Source: Callorhinchus milii (Eukaryota). Taken from it: 32,087 nt of DNA. A program made the translations under genes and the position numbers. Location of the stretch: NCBI RefSeq assembly GCF_018977255.1, contig NW_024705605.1, positions 1-32,087 of the forward strand, read 5' to 3'. Positions 1 to 12,200 of this stretch are shown one piece after another (position 1 is the first letter of the stretch; each line of letters begins with the position of its first letter). The notes under the pieces were generated by a model that worked only from the letters and a program-made list of their open reading frames with translations, did no database searches and had not been told where the DNA came from.

Positions 1-1244
1 CTCTGAGTCTTTCTTTCTCACACTTTTTCAAACTGTTTCACTCAGTATCTCTCACTGTATTTCTCTTTCTCTCTCTCTGTCAATCCAACATTGTTCTTAG
101 TCTCTGTACATCCCTCTCTCTCTCTCTCTCTCTCTCGTACTCTCTCTCTCTCTCTCTCTCTCAGTCTTTCTTTCTCACACTCTCTCAGTCTGACTCTCTT
201 TCTCAGTTTCTCCATTTATCTCTGTCTCGTTCCCTCTCTCCAACTCTTTTTCTTCGTCTCTTTCCATCAGTATCTCTCAATCCCTCTCTCTCTGTCTGTC
301 TCTCTTTTCACTGTCTCTGTCTAACCCTATTTCTCTCTCTCTCTCTCCCCCTCTGTCTCCCTCTCAGCCTCCTTCTCTCTCAGTCTCAATCTTTCTCTCT
401 GATGCAAAATCTCTCATTCTCTCTCTCTCAATCTCTGCCGCTCTCATTCTCTCTCTCCCTCTATCGGTCTCTTTCAGTAACTCCCTTTCACGCGATCTCT
501 CTATCTGATGCTCTCTGTGTCTGTGTCAGATCTCTCTCTCTCTCTCTCTCTGTAACACACGCAAACGCACACATACATTTCCCTAGTCGTTTTCGCTCTT
601 TCCCATGCTCTCTCTCACTCTATCGCTCTCCCATTTTTTCCCACTCACTCTCTTCCTCTACCCCTCTGTCTGTATATCACTAATTTTTGCTCAGTCTCTT
701 CCTCTCAGTTTCTCAGTGACTCTTTGTCTCATTCTTTCTTTCTCTCACTCTCTCAGTCTCTGTCCCTCAACCTCTGTATCTCAATCTCTGAATCTCTCTC
801 CCTCTGTATGTCGCTCTATCTCTCTCTGTCTCTCTCATTCTGTCTCTATCTTTGTCTCCATGCCTGTCTCCCTCTTACTGTCTCTCTTTCTCAATCTCTT
901 TTTTCGTCTATTTTTCTCAGTCTGTTTCACTGTCTCTCCCCCCCCCCCCACCCTCCAAACTCTCTCACTCTCTCTCTCTCTCTCTCTCTCGGACTCTCTT
1001 TCTCAGTATATCACCAACCCTCTGACTCACGCTCAGTCTTTCTTTCAAACATTTCCAGTCTCTTTGTCTCAGAATCTCTCTCTCTCATACTCGCTCTCCG
1101 TCACTCTCTATCTCTCTATCTTTCTCATTTTCTTTCTCTTTAACTCAGCTCCTCTCTCAAAGTGAGATTGAGATAAAGAGACTGAGAGAAACACAGGGAC
1201 ATGGAGACACTGAGAGAGTTATTAGATTGACTGACTGACTGAGA

Positions 1245-1279
<35 letters not shown>

Positions 1280-1595
1280 TCACAGGCTTCCTGTGTCCTG
1301 TCATCAGGGCTGCAGGTCCTCCCTGTCTTATGTCCAGACCAGAGAGATTCCTGGGTGCACCCTCTGCCCCTGTGTGTGACACAGTAAATGGATGACTGAC
1401 CCCCACACACTAGTACAATACAAATCCACCCGTAGCTGCCTGTGCACTGTAAGTCCACAGCCTTTACAGTCCCAGGGCCCAGTTTATCCGCCGTCCCTTC
1501 CGCCGGTATCCAGTATAATAGTATTGTGTGTGTTTATGGCCACTGAAGGCCACTGAGGTTTCCGGTGTGATCACGTTCCACAGTCTGTTACTTAC

Positions 1596-1682
1596 TCCAG
1601 TCTCTGTATATTACACTCCGGGTTCCTCAGAGCCTCACACAGTGGCTTCACTCCTGCATCTCCCAGATTATTGCCCCACAGC
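1596..1682 (-). CDS. NLR 87-bp LRR exon (ribonuclease-inhibitor-like repeat); not in the ORF track
   Basis: ctctctgtccag|G CTG TGG GGC AAT ... CTG GA|gtaagt. Translates LWGNNLGDAGVKPLCEALRNPECNIQRL; phase 2-2 matches the NACHT exon donor. Confidence 0.92.
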
Positions 1683-2217
1683 CTGGACAGAGAGACAGAA
1701 ACACAGTGAATATAGTGTAACAACGCAGTACACATTGACATATATATATATACATGAGGCTTTCACGTGGGGAGCAATTCCCAATTGACTGTGACGAGAA
1801 ACAGACGCAAACACACACACATAGAGTTGCTCAGTCATGGTTGATTTATAAACAGTTGACATTTCTATTACATTCACGTCGGGTAATATCTCAGAGCTGT
1901 ACAGGAATAGGGTTGGAAGTTTCGAGTGGCCCCCAGTCTCGATTGTAAACCCTCAGTCTCTCACAGTCTCTTTCTGTGAGTTTATGTCTCAGTTTCTGTC
2001 TCAGTATCTCACTTTCGTCCCGTCTCTCTCTGTCTTTCTTTTTCACACCTTTTCAATCTGTTTCTTTCTCTCTCGCTCTCCCTTCCTCTTTCTCTCTCGC
2101 TGTCAGTCTTTCCTTCTCACACACTCTCAGTCTTTCTCTCTCTCAGTTTCTCAATTTCTCTCTGTCTCATCCACTCTCTCTATTTCTCTGTCTATACCTC
2201 TATCCATCAGTATCTCT

Positions 2218-2287
<70 letters not shown>

Positions 2288-4095
2288 ACTGTCTCTGTCT
2301 CACCCTCTTCATCTCAGTCTGTCTCTCTATCTCTTTCTGTCCAGCTCAGTCTCCTTCTCTCTCAGGCTCCATCTTTCTCCGTCAGGCGTTCTCTCTCATT
2401 CTCTCTTTCTCTCAATCTCTCTCGCTCTCGATCTCCCTCCCTCCCTCTCTCTCTCTCAATCTCTCCCGCACTCGATCTCCCTCCCTCCCTCTCTCTCTCT
2501 CTCTATCTCTCTCTCTCTATCAATCTCTCTCTCTATCAATCTCTCTCTGTCCCTCAGTCTCACACGGTTTCTCAATCTGACTCTTTCTGAGTCTCTCTGT
2601 CAGATCTCTCTCTCTCTCTCTCTCTCCCCTCTCTCTCTCTCTCTCTCTCTCTCACTCTATCTCTGTCTGTCTCTCTCACTCAGTGTCTCTATTTTTCTCT
2701 CTATCAGTCTCTCTCTCTTTCTCACAAACACCCAGTTTCCTTTTACTCAGTCTCTCACAGTCTCTTTCTTTGAGTTTATTCAGAACTCTGCAGCTCGTGT
2801 ACTGTCCCACACCAGGCTTAGGGAACACATCACTCCCACCCTCGCTCGCCTCCACTGGCTCCCTATCCCCCAGAGGATCGATTTCAAGATCCTCATCCTC
2901 ACCTACAAGGCCATTCACGGTCTTGCTCCCGCCTACCTCTCTGACCTACTATCCCCCTACCTACCCACCCGTACCCTCCGTTCCTCCGGCTCCGGTCTGC
3001 TCCACATCCCCCGCAGCAACCGCCCTACCATCGGTGGTCGGGCCTTCAGCCTCTCAGCCCCGAGGCTCTGGAACTCTATCCCCCAGTGCCTTCGCCGCTT
3101 CCTCCCTTTCCTCCTTCAAGACCGGTCTCAAGACCTTTCTCTTTGACCGTGCCTTGAGCTCCTCTCTCGACTCTCTACCCCCTCCTCGCTACCTCCCTTC
3201 CCTCCCCTCACCCTGACCATTTCCCCCTTGCTCGGGTCCTGACCCAACTGTACAGCGCCTTGGGACGTCCTCCTAACTTGAAAGGCGCTCAATAAATGGA
3301 ATATTGTTGTTGTTGTTGTTTTTGTTTATGTCTCAGTTTCTGCGTCAATATCTCACTTCCTCCCCGTCTCTCTCTCTATCTTTCTTTTTCACACGTTTTC
3401 AATCTTTTTCTGTCTCTCTCTTCCTCTCTTTCTCTCTCGCTCTTTCTCTCAGTCTTTCATTCTGACAGTCCCTCAGTCTGACTCTCTCTCAGTTTCTCAA
3501 TTTCTCTCTGTCTCATTCCCTCTCTCCATTTCTCTGTCTATATCTCTATCCACCAGTATCTCTCAATCTCTCTCTCTCTCTTTTCACTGTCTCTGTCTCA
3601 CCCTCTTCATCTCAGTCTCTGTCTCAATCTCTCTGTCTCCCTCTCAGTCTCCTTATCTCGCAGTTTCCATCTTTCTCTCTCTGTCAGATCTCTCTCTCTC
3701 TGTGTAACACACACAAATAAACACATACACTTTCTCAATCGCTCTCTCTTTCCCATGCTCTCCCTGTATCCTTCTCTCTCTCCCATTTCTCCCACTCACT
3801 CTCTTGCTCTCCCCCTCTCTCTGTCTATCTCTTACTTTTGCTCAGTCTCTTTCTCTCAGTATCTCATTGACGCTTTCTCTCACTCTTTCTTTCTCACACT
3901 CTCTTAGTCTCTGTCCCTCAACCTCTGTCTCTCAATATCTTCTTCTCTCTCTCTCCATCTGTGTCTCTCTCTGTCTCTCTCTCTGGCTCTCTCTCTTTCC
4001 CTCTCTTTGTCTCGCTCTCTGTTTCCCTCTCACTGTCTCTTTTTCTCAATCTCTTCTTCAGTCTATCTTTCTCAGTCTTCTTCTCTCTCTCTCCG

Positions 4096-4160
<65 letters not shown>

Positions 4161-4744
4161 TTCACTCAGTTTCTCTCTTAGACTCTCTCTCGCGCGCGCT
4201 CTCTCTCGCCATCAGCATCATTCTCTCAGTATCTCTCTCTTTCATAAACGCACACTCGCGTAGTCTCCGTTTCTCACTCACTCTCTTACTGTCAGTCACT
4301 CACTCTTTCTCTCTCGTTTCATCTATCTTTCTTTCGCTTTCCCATTATGTCTCTCCACCACCACCCCCCCCCCCCCCCACCCATCAACCCGACCGCCTCC
4401 AAAACACACACTCACACACATACACACAACCTTTGTCTCAGTTTCTCTCTATAAGTCTCGCTTTCTCAGTATCTCAATAACTCTCTGGCTCTCGCTCAGT
4501 CTTTCTCACACTCACAATCTCTTTCTCCGAGTATGTCTCTCTTTCTTTCTTGCATTCTCATTTTCTCACTCTCTCTCATACACCCTATGTCGCTGTCTTT
4601 CCATCTGCCTTTCTCGCTTTCTCTGTCTCCCTCGGAATCAGCGTTTCTCTCACTCAATCTATTCCTCTCAGTTCGCCTGTCTCACATTCTTTCTGTCTCT
4701 CACTCTCTTTGTCTGTCTCTCTTTCACTCACTTTATCTCAGGGG

Positions 4745-4799
<55 letters not shown>

Positions 4800-5218
4800 G
4801 CTCTCTGCAACTCCCTATCAATCTCTCTCTCTGTGTGTGTGTCTCTCCACCAGTTTCTCTCAGTCTCTCTCCCTGTCTCGCTCTTTCTCTCTAGCTCTAG
4901 CTCGCCTTCTCAGTATTCCTGGCTCTCTCTCTCTCTCTCTCTTTCTCTCTGTCTCTGACTCTCTCCTAAACACTCTCCCTGGGTATCTCGGTAACTCTCT
5001 CTCTCAGACTTTCTTTCTCACACTCTCTCCGTCACTGTCTCTCTTGTTCTAACTTTCTTTCTCTTTAAGTCAGCCCCACACTCAGAGTGAGAGTGAGATA
5101 AAGATACCAAGAGATTCACAGGGACATAGATAGAGTTATTGGGTTGATTGTGTGAGTGAGTGAGTGAGTGAGTGCGTGAGAGAGAGAGAGAGAGAAAGAG
5201 AGAGAAAGAGCGAGACAA

Positions 5219-5278
<60 letters not shown>

Positions 5279-6189
5279 AGAGAAACCAACTGAAAACCTG
5301 TGGGAGTCAAAGGCTGCCTGTGTCCTGCCCTCAGCGTAGCAGGCCCTCCCTGTCTAAAGTCCAGAGCTCACTCTCTCTCTTATTCTATCACTCTGTCTCA
5401 CACTCCCTCAACAATACTATCTCACAGCGTCTCTCTCACTCTATCAGTCTCTCGGTCGCTCTCTCAAATTCAGTGTATCTCTTTCTGTCTCGCCATCTCT
5501 TTCTCAGTCTCTCTATAAGTTGGCCTCACACACGCACTTTCCCAGACGCTAACACTCTCTTTCTCTCCTTTTCTCTATTTTGTTCACTGTTTCTTAGTCT
5601 CTTTTTCTCAGTACCTCTGGAAGACTTTGTCTCACTTTCCTTGCTCACATTCCTTCAGTCTATGTCTCTCAATCTCTGTCATTAAATCTCCCCCTCCCTG
5701 TCTCTTTGTCTGTCGCTATTCCTCTCCCCCTCACTGTCACTGTGTCGCTCTCTCTATCTCTCTCTGGGTCTCTCTCTCTGTTTCTGTCTTTCTCAATCTC
5801 TTTCTCAGTCTTTCTCTATCTGTCAAACTTTGCTTCTCACAGTCTTTCTGTTTGTCTATCTTTCGCTCTCCCACTCTCTTTCTTTCTCTCTGCCTCTCAG
5901 CCTCTGTGTCACTGTCGCCTTCTCCCCACCCTCCCAATCTCTCAGTCTCCTACTCTCTCAGTATCTCTGTCACTGCCTGGCTCGGTCTCTCACTATCTCT
6001 CGCAGCCTCACGTTTACTCTATCAGTCTATCTCAGTTTATCTCTCTCTCAGCTTCTCACTTAACCTCTCTCATTGTCTTTTTCACTATCCTTTACTCAGC
6101 GTCTCTCTCAGCCTTTTTCTCTCAGTATCTCTCTCGTGCAATATCTTTCTTTCTATCAGTTTTTATTTCCCTGTCTTTCACTCTCTTCA

Positions 6190-6226
<37 letters not shown>

Positions 6227-9200
6227 CGCTCTCTTTCTCGGACTCTCGTTCTCAGTATATCACTAACAACCTGGCTCTCGCTCAGTTTTCCTTTCATAAA
6301 TTCTCAATCTCTTTCTCGCAGCACTTCTCTCTTAATCCGTCTCTCTCTTTCTCTCTCATTCTCTATTTCGCAATCTCTCTCTTACTCTCTTTCTCTCAGT
6401 CTTTCTATCTCACACTCTCTCAATCTCTTTCAGTTTCTCTGTCTCTGTCACTCTCATTCACGATCTGTCTCGGTCTTTGTCTCTATGTGTCTCTCTCTCC
6501 CCATTTGTCTTTCTCGGTCTCAGTCTCACTCTCTCTCAGCCTCTATCTCACTCTATCAGTCCCTTTAAGACCAACTTTCTCCCAGTCTCTCTGAATATCA
6601 CTCTCTTTCTCTTTTGCCCCACACACCCTTAAACACAGGCGCGATCTCTATCTTCCACTCAGACTCTGTCTCAATCGTTCGGTCACACTCTCTCTTTCTC
6701 TATCTCTTTCATTCTCTCTCATTCTCTCCCTCTCTCAATCTCTCTGTCTTTTATCCTCTATGTCAACGTATCAGTCTCTTTCAGTCCCTCTTTCACACTC
6801 AGTCTCTCTCTCTCCCTCCCCCTCACTCTCTCTCGCTCTCTCCCGCTCTCTTTCTTATTCTCTCTCTCTCAGTCTCTGTCTGACTCGCTCTGTATCTCTC
6901 CAGACGGGAAAAGACGCTTTATTAAATGAAATGATTATTAATATTATTATCAGTGTAATCACACAGCGCTCACTCCCCTCACTCACTGGCTGACATATTC
7001 CATGTTTCTGGCTAACCATCAATGAGGACAAACCTGAGGTGTCCGCACTTGTGCAGTGCGGATCCCAGACGCTGGATCCCTTCAGCTCCGATATTGCAGC
7101 TTTCGAGATCGAGGAATTCTATGTTGTGACAAAGCTGTAAAACACGAGACAGCACAGCACAGTCCAAAGGGTTCAATCTGATCCTACTAAAGTCCAGTGT
7201 CTCCACAGCTCCGAGTGTGATCTGGGCCAGAGTGTTGTTCTGAGACTCAAACAGATAGTATATCATGTTCAGAAGCTTCCTTTTACCATCTTCACTCCCT
7301 GATTGTTTGACCGCCGACTCCACATTCACCTTCAGCCAGGAGATGGCTTCGGAGACTGACGCGTGAGATAATGGCCCCAGGATCTCCTCCAGCTGCCGGG
7401 CTGTGTGAGGCCAGGAAAGTCCCACAGCAAACCGCAGGAAGATCCCAAAGCGACCATCGTTCTTCTTATGAACCTGGTCAAGCAGATCCAGCAGGTTCTT
7501 GCGGACGGGCGTCAGGTACTGAGCGAGAGCAGCCACAAACTCCTGGATGGTGAGGTGATGGAATGTGTACACAACTCCTCTCTCATCATAATCCTTCTCC
7601 AGAATCTCCATCATAAAACCTGAGGTGAAGGTTGAGGGTTCAAGCTGATGGCGATGGAAATGGTCATCATCGAACACAATGATTCTGTTACAGACCCCCT
7701 CAGAGGCCATCTCTCCGGTTCTCAACATCACCTCCCGACAGCGCTCAGTGGCTCGGGGATGGTTCTTCAGGATGTTGTAGAGATAAGTTGAGTACAGCTG
7801 GGTGAGGGTTTTGGGGGGAGGCTGTTTGGTCTCTGGATGCTTGAAGATTGGCTCCATTGTGCAGCAGAGGATCCAGCAGTAGGACGGTTTGAAGCACATG
7901 GTGTACAGGATGTCATTCTCCTTCACATATCTGAGCACTTGACCTGCAATCTTCTCATCTGCAAAGAAGCGTCTGATGTAATCTTCCCGTCCCTCAGCGA
8001 GGAATCCCAGCATTTCAGCCCAGAGGTTGGTGTGGATGTGATCTAAAGATTCCAGAGCATTTGGCCGGTTTGTGATCAGCACTGAACAGCCTTTCAGAAT
8101 TTCTTGCAGAACCAGAGAGCGCACAATGTGAGCCACGGTACAGAGGCCTTCAGGCCCCGGGCAGCTGATCTGAGGGGCTCTATCAATCTCTGTGAACTGA
8201 ATCCTCTCCTTAAACTCGTCCAAACCATCAAACACAAAGAGCAAATATTCCGACTTCTCCCAGATATTGTCCAGAACATCCTGAAGATAAGGATATGATT
8301 CCAGGACCATAGTTTTCAGGGTTGTTTCCTCTTTTATTATGTTCAGATACCGGAATTTGAAATGAAAGACAAAGTGGAACTGGAGATAGATCTTTCCTGT
8401 GGCCCAGCGATGCAGAATATTCTGCACCATGGTGGTTTTCCCAATCCCTGCGATTCCGCTCAGGATGGTTGTCCCAAATCTTCTTCTCCCAAAACTGCTT
8501 CCAAACAGCTGAGCCTGTCTGATTTTCTCCAACTCCTTCCTGACGTTCCTCTCTTGCCACTGCTCATGGTCTCTGCCTCTCGCCACCAGTTCATGCTCCG
8601 CCAGCCTCCGATCACGGGGAGATGAGGTGACTATTAATTCCGTGTAGCGATCAGAGAGCAGAAATGTTCTGCTCTTCTCTCGGCCTCGCAGGGTGTTCAG
8701 TGACAGCTTCTCATTCTGGGAGCACAGCACCTCTTTGTGATGATTTTTAACATCTCGAATGTAAAGGTTAAGAAAAAGAATATTTAGCGATTTTTTCTCG
8801 AATTATGACATCGAAAGTTAGTGCAGAAATCAGTGCTCAATATCAGGAATATAACCAGAAACATTTGGAGAATTGTACAATCATAATTCAGTTGCAATGC
8901 AGAATTGTCAACTAACACATCTGTGACTGATTTGTGACAACTGACTGAAAATTGTGGCAAATATCACAATTTCCTCCATCCTTAAGAGACAACAGATCCC
9001 ACCCTATATTATCTTACTCAGTTGACACTTTAGTATCAATTTATACACATCTGCCCGTTGGACGACAACAAATCATTAGAAATGCTGATATCAGTCGGGT
9101 CATACCTATCAGTCTGTCTGACAATGGCTCCAACTTTCCACTGCACTGCGACATACCAAGCAGACTGGTACCTGGAATAGAGTTTAGCTCCGTCAGTCTT

Positions 9201-12200
9201 TGTTTCGCACAACACAAAAATTAACAATGTGGATTTAGGCATGGGATAGATATTGCAATTGAACATACAATATAATGTGTGTTTGATATATAATATAGAT
9301 ATCAGTGTGCGGTTCAAAAACAGTATAGATATAAATGTGTGCTTGATGCACTATATAGATATCTATGTGTATTTGATATATAATGTAGATGTCAGTGCGT
9401 GTTTGATATACAATATAGATGTAAGTGAGTGTTTGATTTACAATATATATGTCAGATATAGATGTATGTGTTTGATGTATAATATGGATGAGAATGTCTA
9501 TTTAATGTATAATATCGATGTCAGTTGGTGTTTGATGTGGAATATAGATATCAGTGCGTGTTTGGTGTAATATATGGATATCAGTGTGTGTTTGTTGTTC
9601 TATATGAATGTCAGTGTTTGTATTGTGTACTATGTTGATGTCAGTGGGCGTTTGGTGTATTATATTTATTTCAGTATGTTCCTGTTTCCAGGCTAGCGTG
9701 GACACAAACCCTTTTCCTGGATCTCTTTCAGTATCTTTTGAACCTTGGGTTTGTTTTCCTGCATTTTCACCAAGGTTTCCCACAGTGTTCTCTGTGCCCG
9801 GCCAATCACGCTGGTCACGACGCCCAGGAGGTATTTAGAAGCTTCCTTTCTGCGTTTTCTCTTTGCCAGATGACCGACGCGCTGTGAAAAAGAGGGATAC
9901 AGCTGTTAAACCCATTCGGTGCTGCTGTCACAGTTGCAGGTTGTAGCCATTGTCCACATCAGGAGCAATATATCAGAGTGTAATAATGCACTCTCTCCGG
10001 TGGATTAACAGTGAAGACAGTGTTGCCGTGGTGCCAGGCTCAGGACAGGACTCACCTGTTTAATACGGGGTTCGCAAGTTGGGAAATTACAATATTTCCC
10101 AAGCTCCTGATTGCTTGGTTCTCGAGTGCGCCCGAATATTGGCTGTGGATTGACCATCCCCCACCCAGTCCACAACTCCCGGAATAAGCGTCCCTGTTTT
10201 ACTAACCATCTAATGTTGATTTTGGGCGCCAGTCCTTCAATGGGCCATTTTTTTTTGCCTTTCAATTACTTATGTATTTCCATTTTTCAAAGTGAACATT
10301 TATTCTACTTCCATCTTCCTTTCAAACAGTGCATTCATAACCGTCATGGAAACACTCGTGTTCAAAAATACACTGCTCGTCTCATCTCTGCTTTTTTGCC
10401 GATTATTTCATAACTTTGTCCTCTGGTTATCAACCCACCTACCAGTGCAAATATTTCTCCCTATCTACTCGATCATAACCCCTCATTAGTTTTGAAAATC
10501 TCTATTAAATCACCCTTAGCCTTCTCTGCGCCAAGGAGAACAATCTTAGCTTCCCTATTCTCTCCAAGTAATTGTAGTCCCTCATCCCTTGTATAATTCT
10601 GATAAATCTTCCCTGCACACTTTCCAAGGCTTCCTAAATTATCTTGCCCAGAATTGATATAGTGCCTGTCAAATAGATTGTCGTGGCTGGCACTTGATAA
10701 CCGTGATAGTATATCGAGCTGAAGTTGAGAGAAAAGGGTGTTGGCAGGGAAACCTGGCCAAATTCACGTGAAAGTTGAAGGGCTTGAGACGGAGCGTCAA
10801 AAACTTGAGATAGAAGCATTGAAATTCTGACGGCCTGCTGATTGTGGGGCAAATAGATTCAGGAATATGAAGTAAGGAATTGAACATTGGTTATCTACAT
10901 TTACTTGACATAAACACCATTTGTAGCGTCGAATATCGGTGACATTCTTTGTTTTGATGCTTGAATTTCTTATTATAACAAGCTATTTGACCCCCCAAAA
11001 ATCTGTTATGCGTCTTTGTCCCTGTTAGAATTTACAGGTTTTGTATAATGTTAGAATCATAATAGATGTTGCGAACTGATTATCTTTTAAGTTAAGTGTG
11101 GGGGCAACTGGACTGACACTCATGATTAACATTCAAGAGCAACAAAAGGCAACTCTCATGAACAGTAGCTAACGTGCAAGTTGCTTAAACTAGAGGACTA
11201 GAGGACTAGCTTAAACTAGAGGTCGCGGAGACAAGGGTACGGGAGATGGAAGACTGAGAGCTAGAAACACTAAGACTGAGGATATCATATAGAAGATTGA
11301 AAACTGTAAGCAAGAAGACTGAACGCAGGAAGAAACAAGCTTGTGTGCTGTAAAGACACAGTGTTTAACCGGAGATATCTACGGTGATATTGTTCTGTTA
11401 TAAGATCTGTTGATTTTACCGACCTTTGGTCTTTCCCATCGGAATATTGGGCAATAATGAACGGATAATAATAAAACAGTCTGAGACCTGGTTGCAAAAG
11501 GATTATGGCTGATTTTGTTTTCTAACATTCCGCTGCCCTTTGTCGGCCGCTGTTTACATCGCGTTTTCTTCAAAACAGATTGACGATTTTGGTATTAACT
11601 CATTCGCAATAATATATAGATATTATCACTATCCTTTGAGAATATATTTCCGTCAATCATCATAATGGTATACTACCGGCAATAGTAATAATAATCCTTG
11701 CATTTGATATGGCGCTTTTCACGTCTACTAGACGTCCCAAAGCGCTTCAAATAAATAAAGCGATAAATAATCTGTGCATGTTGTTATCATTTTCAAGTCG
11801 GATCCGATCAATATTAGAAAGCGAAATACACATAAATATCCAAAGAAATTCGATTAAACGCCCGGTGTTGTCCGAAATGCAAGAATTATTATTACCAAAT
11901 CAATAATTTTCCAAATTTTAAACAATCAAATTTGGTTCAGTTTGCTGCTGTTCGATGTCATCTTGTGGGAGGCTGCACTGTATCTAGATTCATAACAATT
12001 TCCTTCTCTATTTGTAAACAGTGTAATACGATAAGCGTGGACTAAGCCAGAAGGTTCCAATGTGATCCAGCATACCTTATATTCTCTGGTACTTAGTAGT
12101 CTGTCTTTCAGGAGGACCAACGCCACAGCTTCCACAAACTCTTCCATCGCCTCTTCTATCCTCTGACGGTAGAACAGAGTCACAGTGTTGAGCTGAGAGT

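Larger units (their letters stand above)
1..6900. repeat. CT-rich low-complexity/(CT)n intronic DNA with higher-order duplicated blocks; interrupted by the LRR exon and an L2
   Basis: Long (CT)n runs (e.g. 2221-2285, 4100-4150), with short (GA)n polarity switches at ~1160-1277 and ~5083-5280. Confidence 0.95.

Noticed and set aside
91..6993. Many Ser/Leu-rich ORFs up to 313 aa
   Set aside because: Translations of (CT)n low-complexity DNA that lacks stops by composition.
7371..8625. Plus-strand ORFs overlapping the NACHT exon
   Set aside because: Antisense shadows of real coding sequence with no recognisable motifs.
9157..9171. 15-nt micro-exon using the gtatgt donor at 9156
   Set aside because: The 66-nt exon ending at 9106 keeps the same phase and gives a more typical linker; an alternative donor is not excluded.
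9253..9570. Repetitive ORF or CRISPR-like 30-bp periodicity
   Set aside because: Degenerate minisatellite with no unique spacers, inside a eukaryotic intron.
10050..10105. Strong minus-strand donor CAG|GTGAGT next to a 9-bp hairpin ttgggaaat/atttcccaa
   Set aside because: No convincing acceptor or NLR-like coding sequence upstream; the gene model is complete without it.
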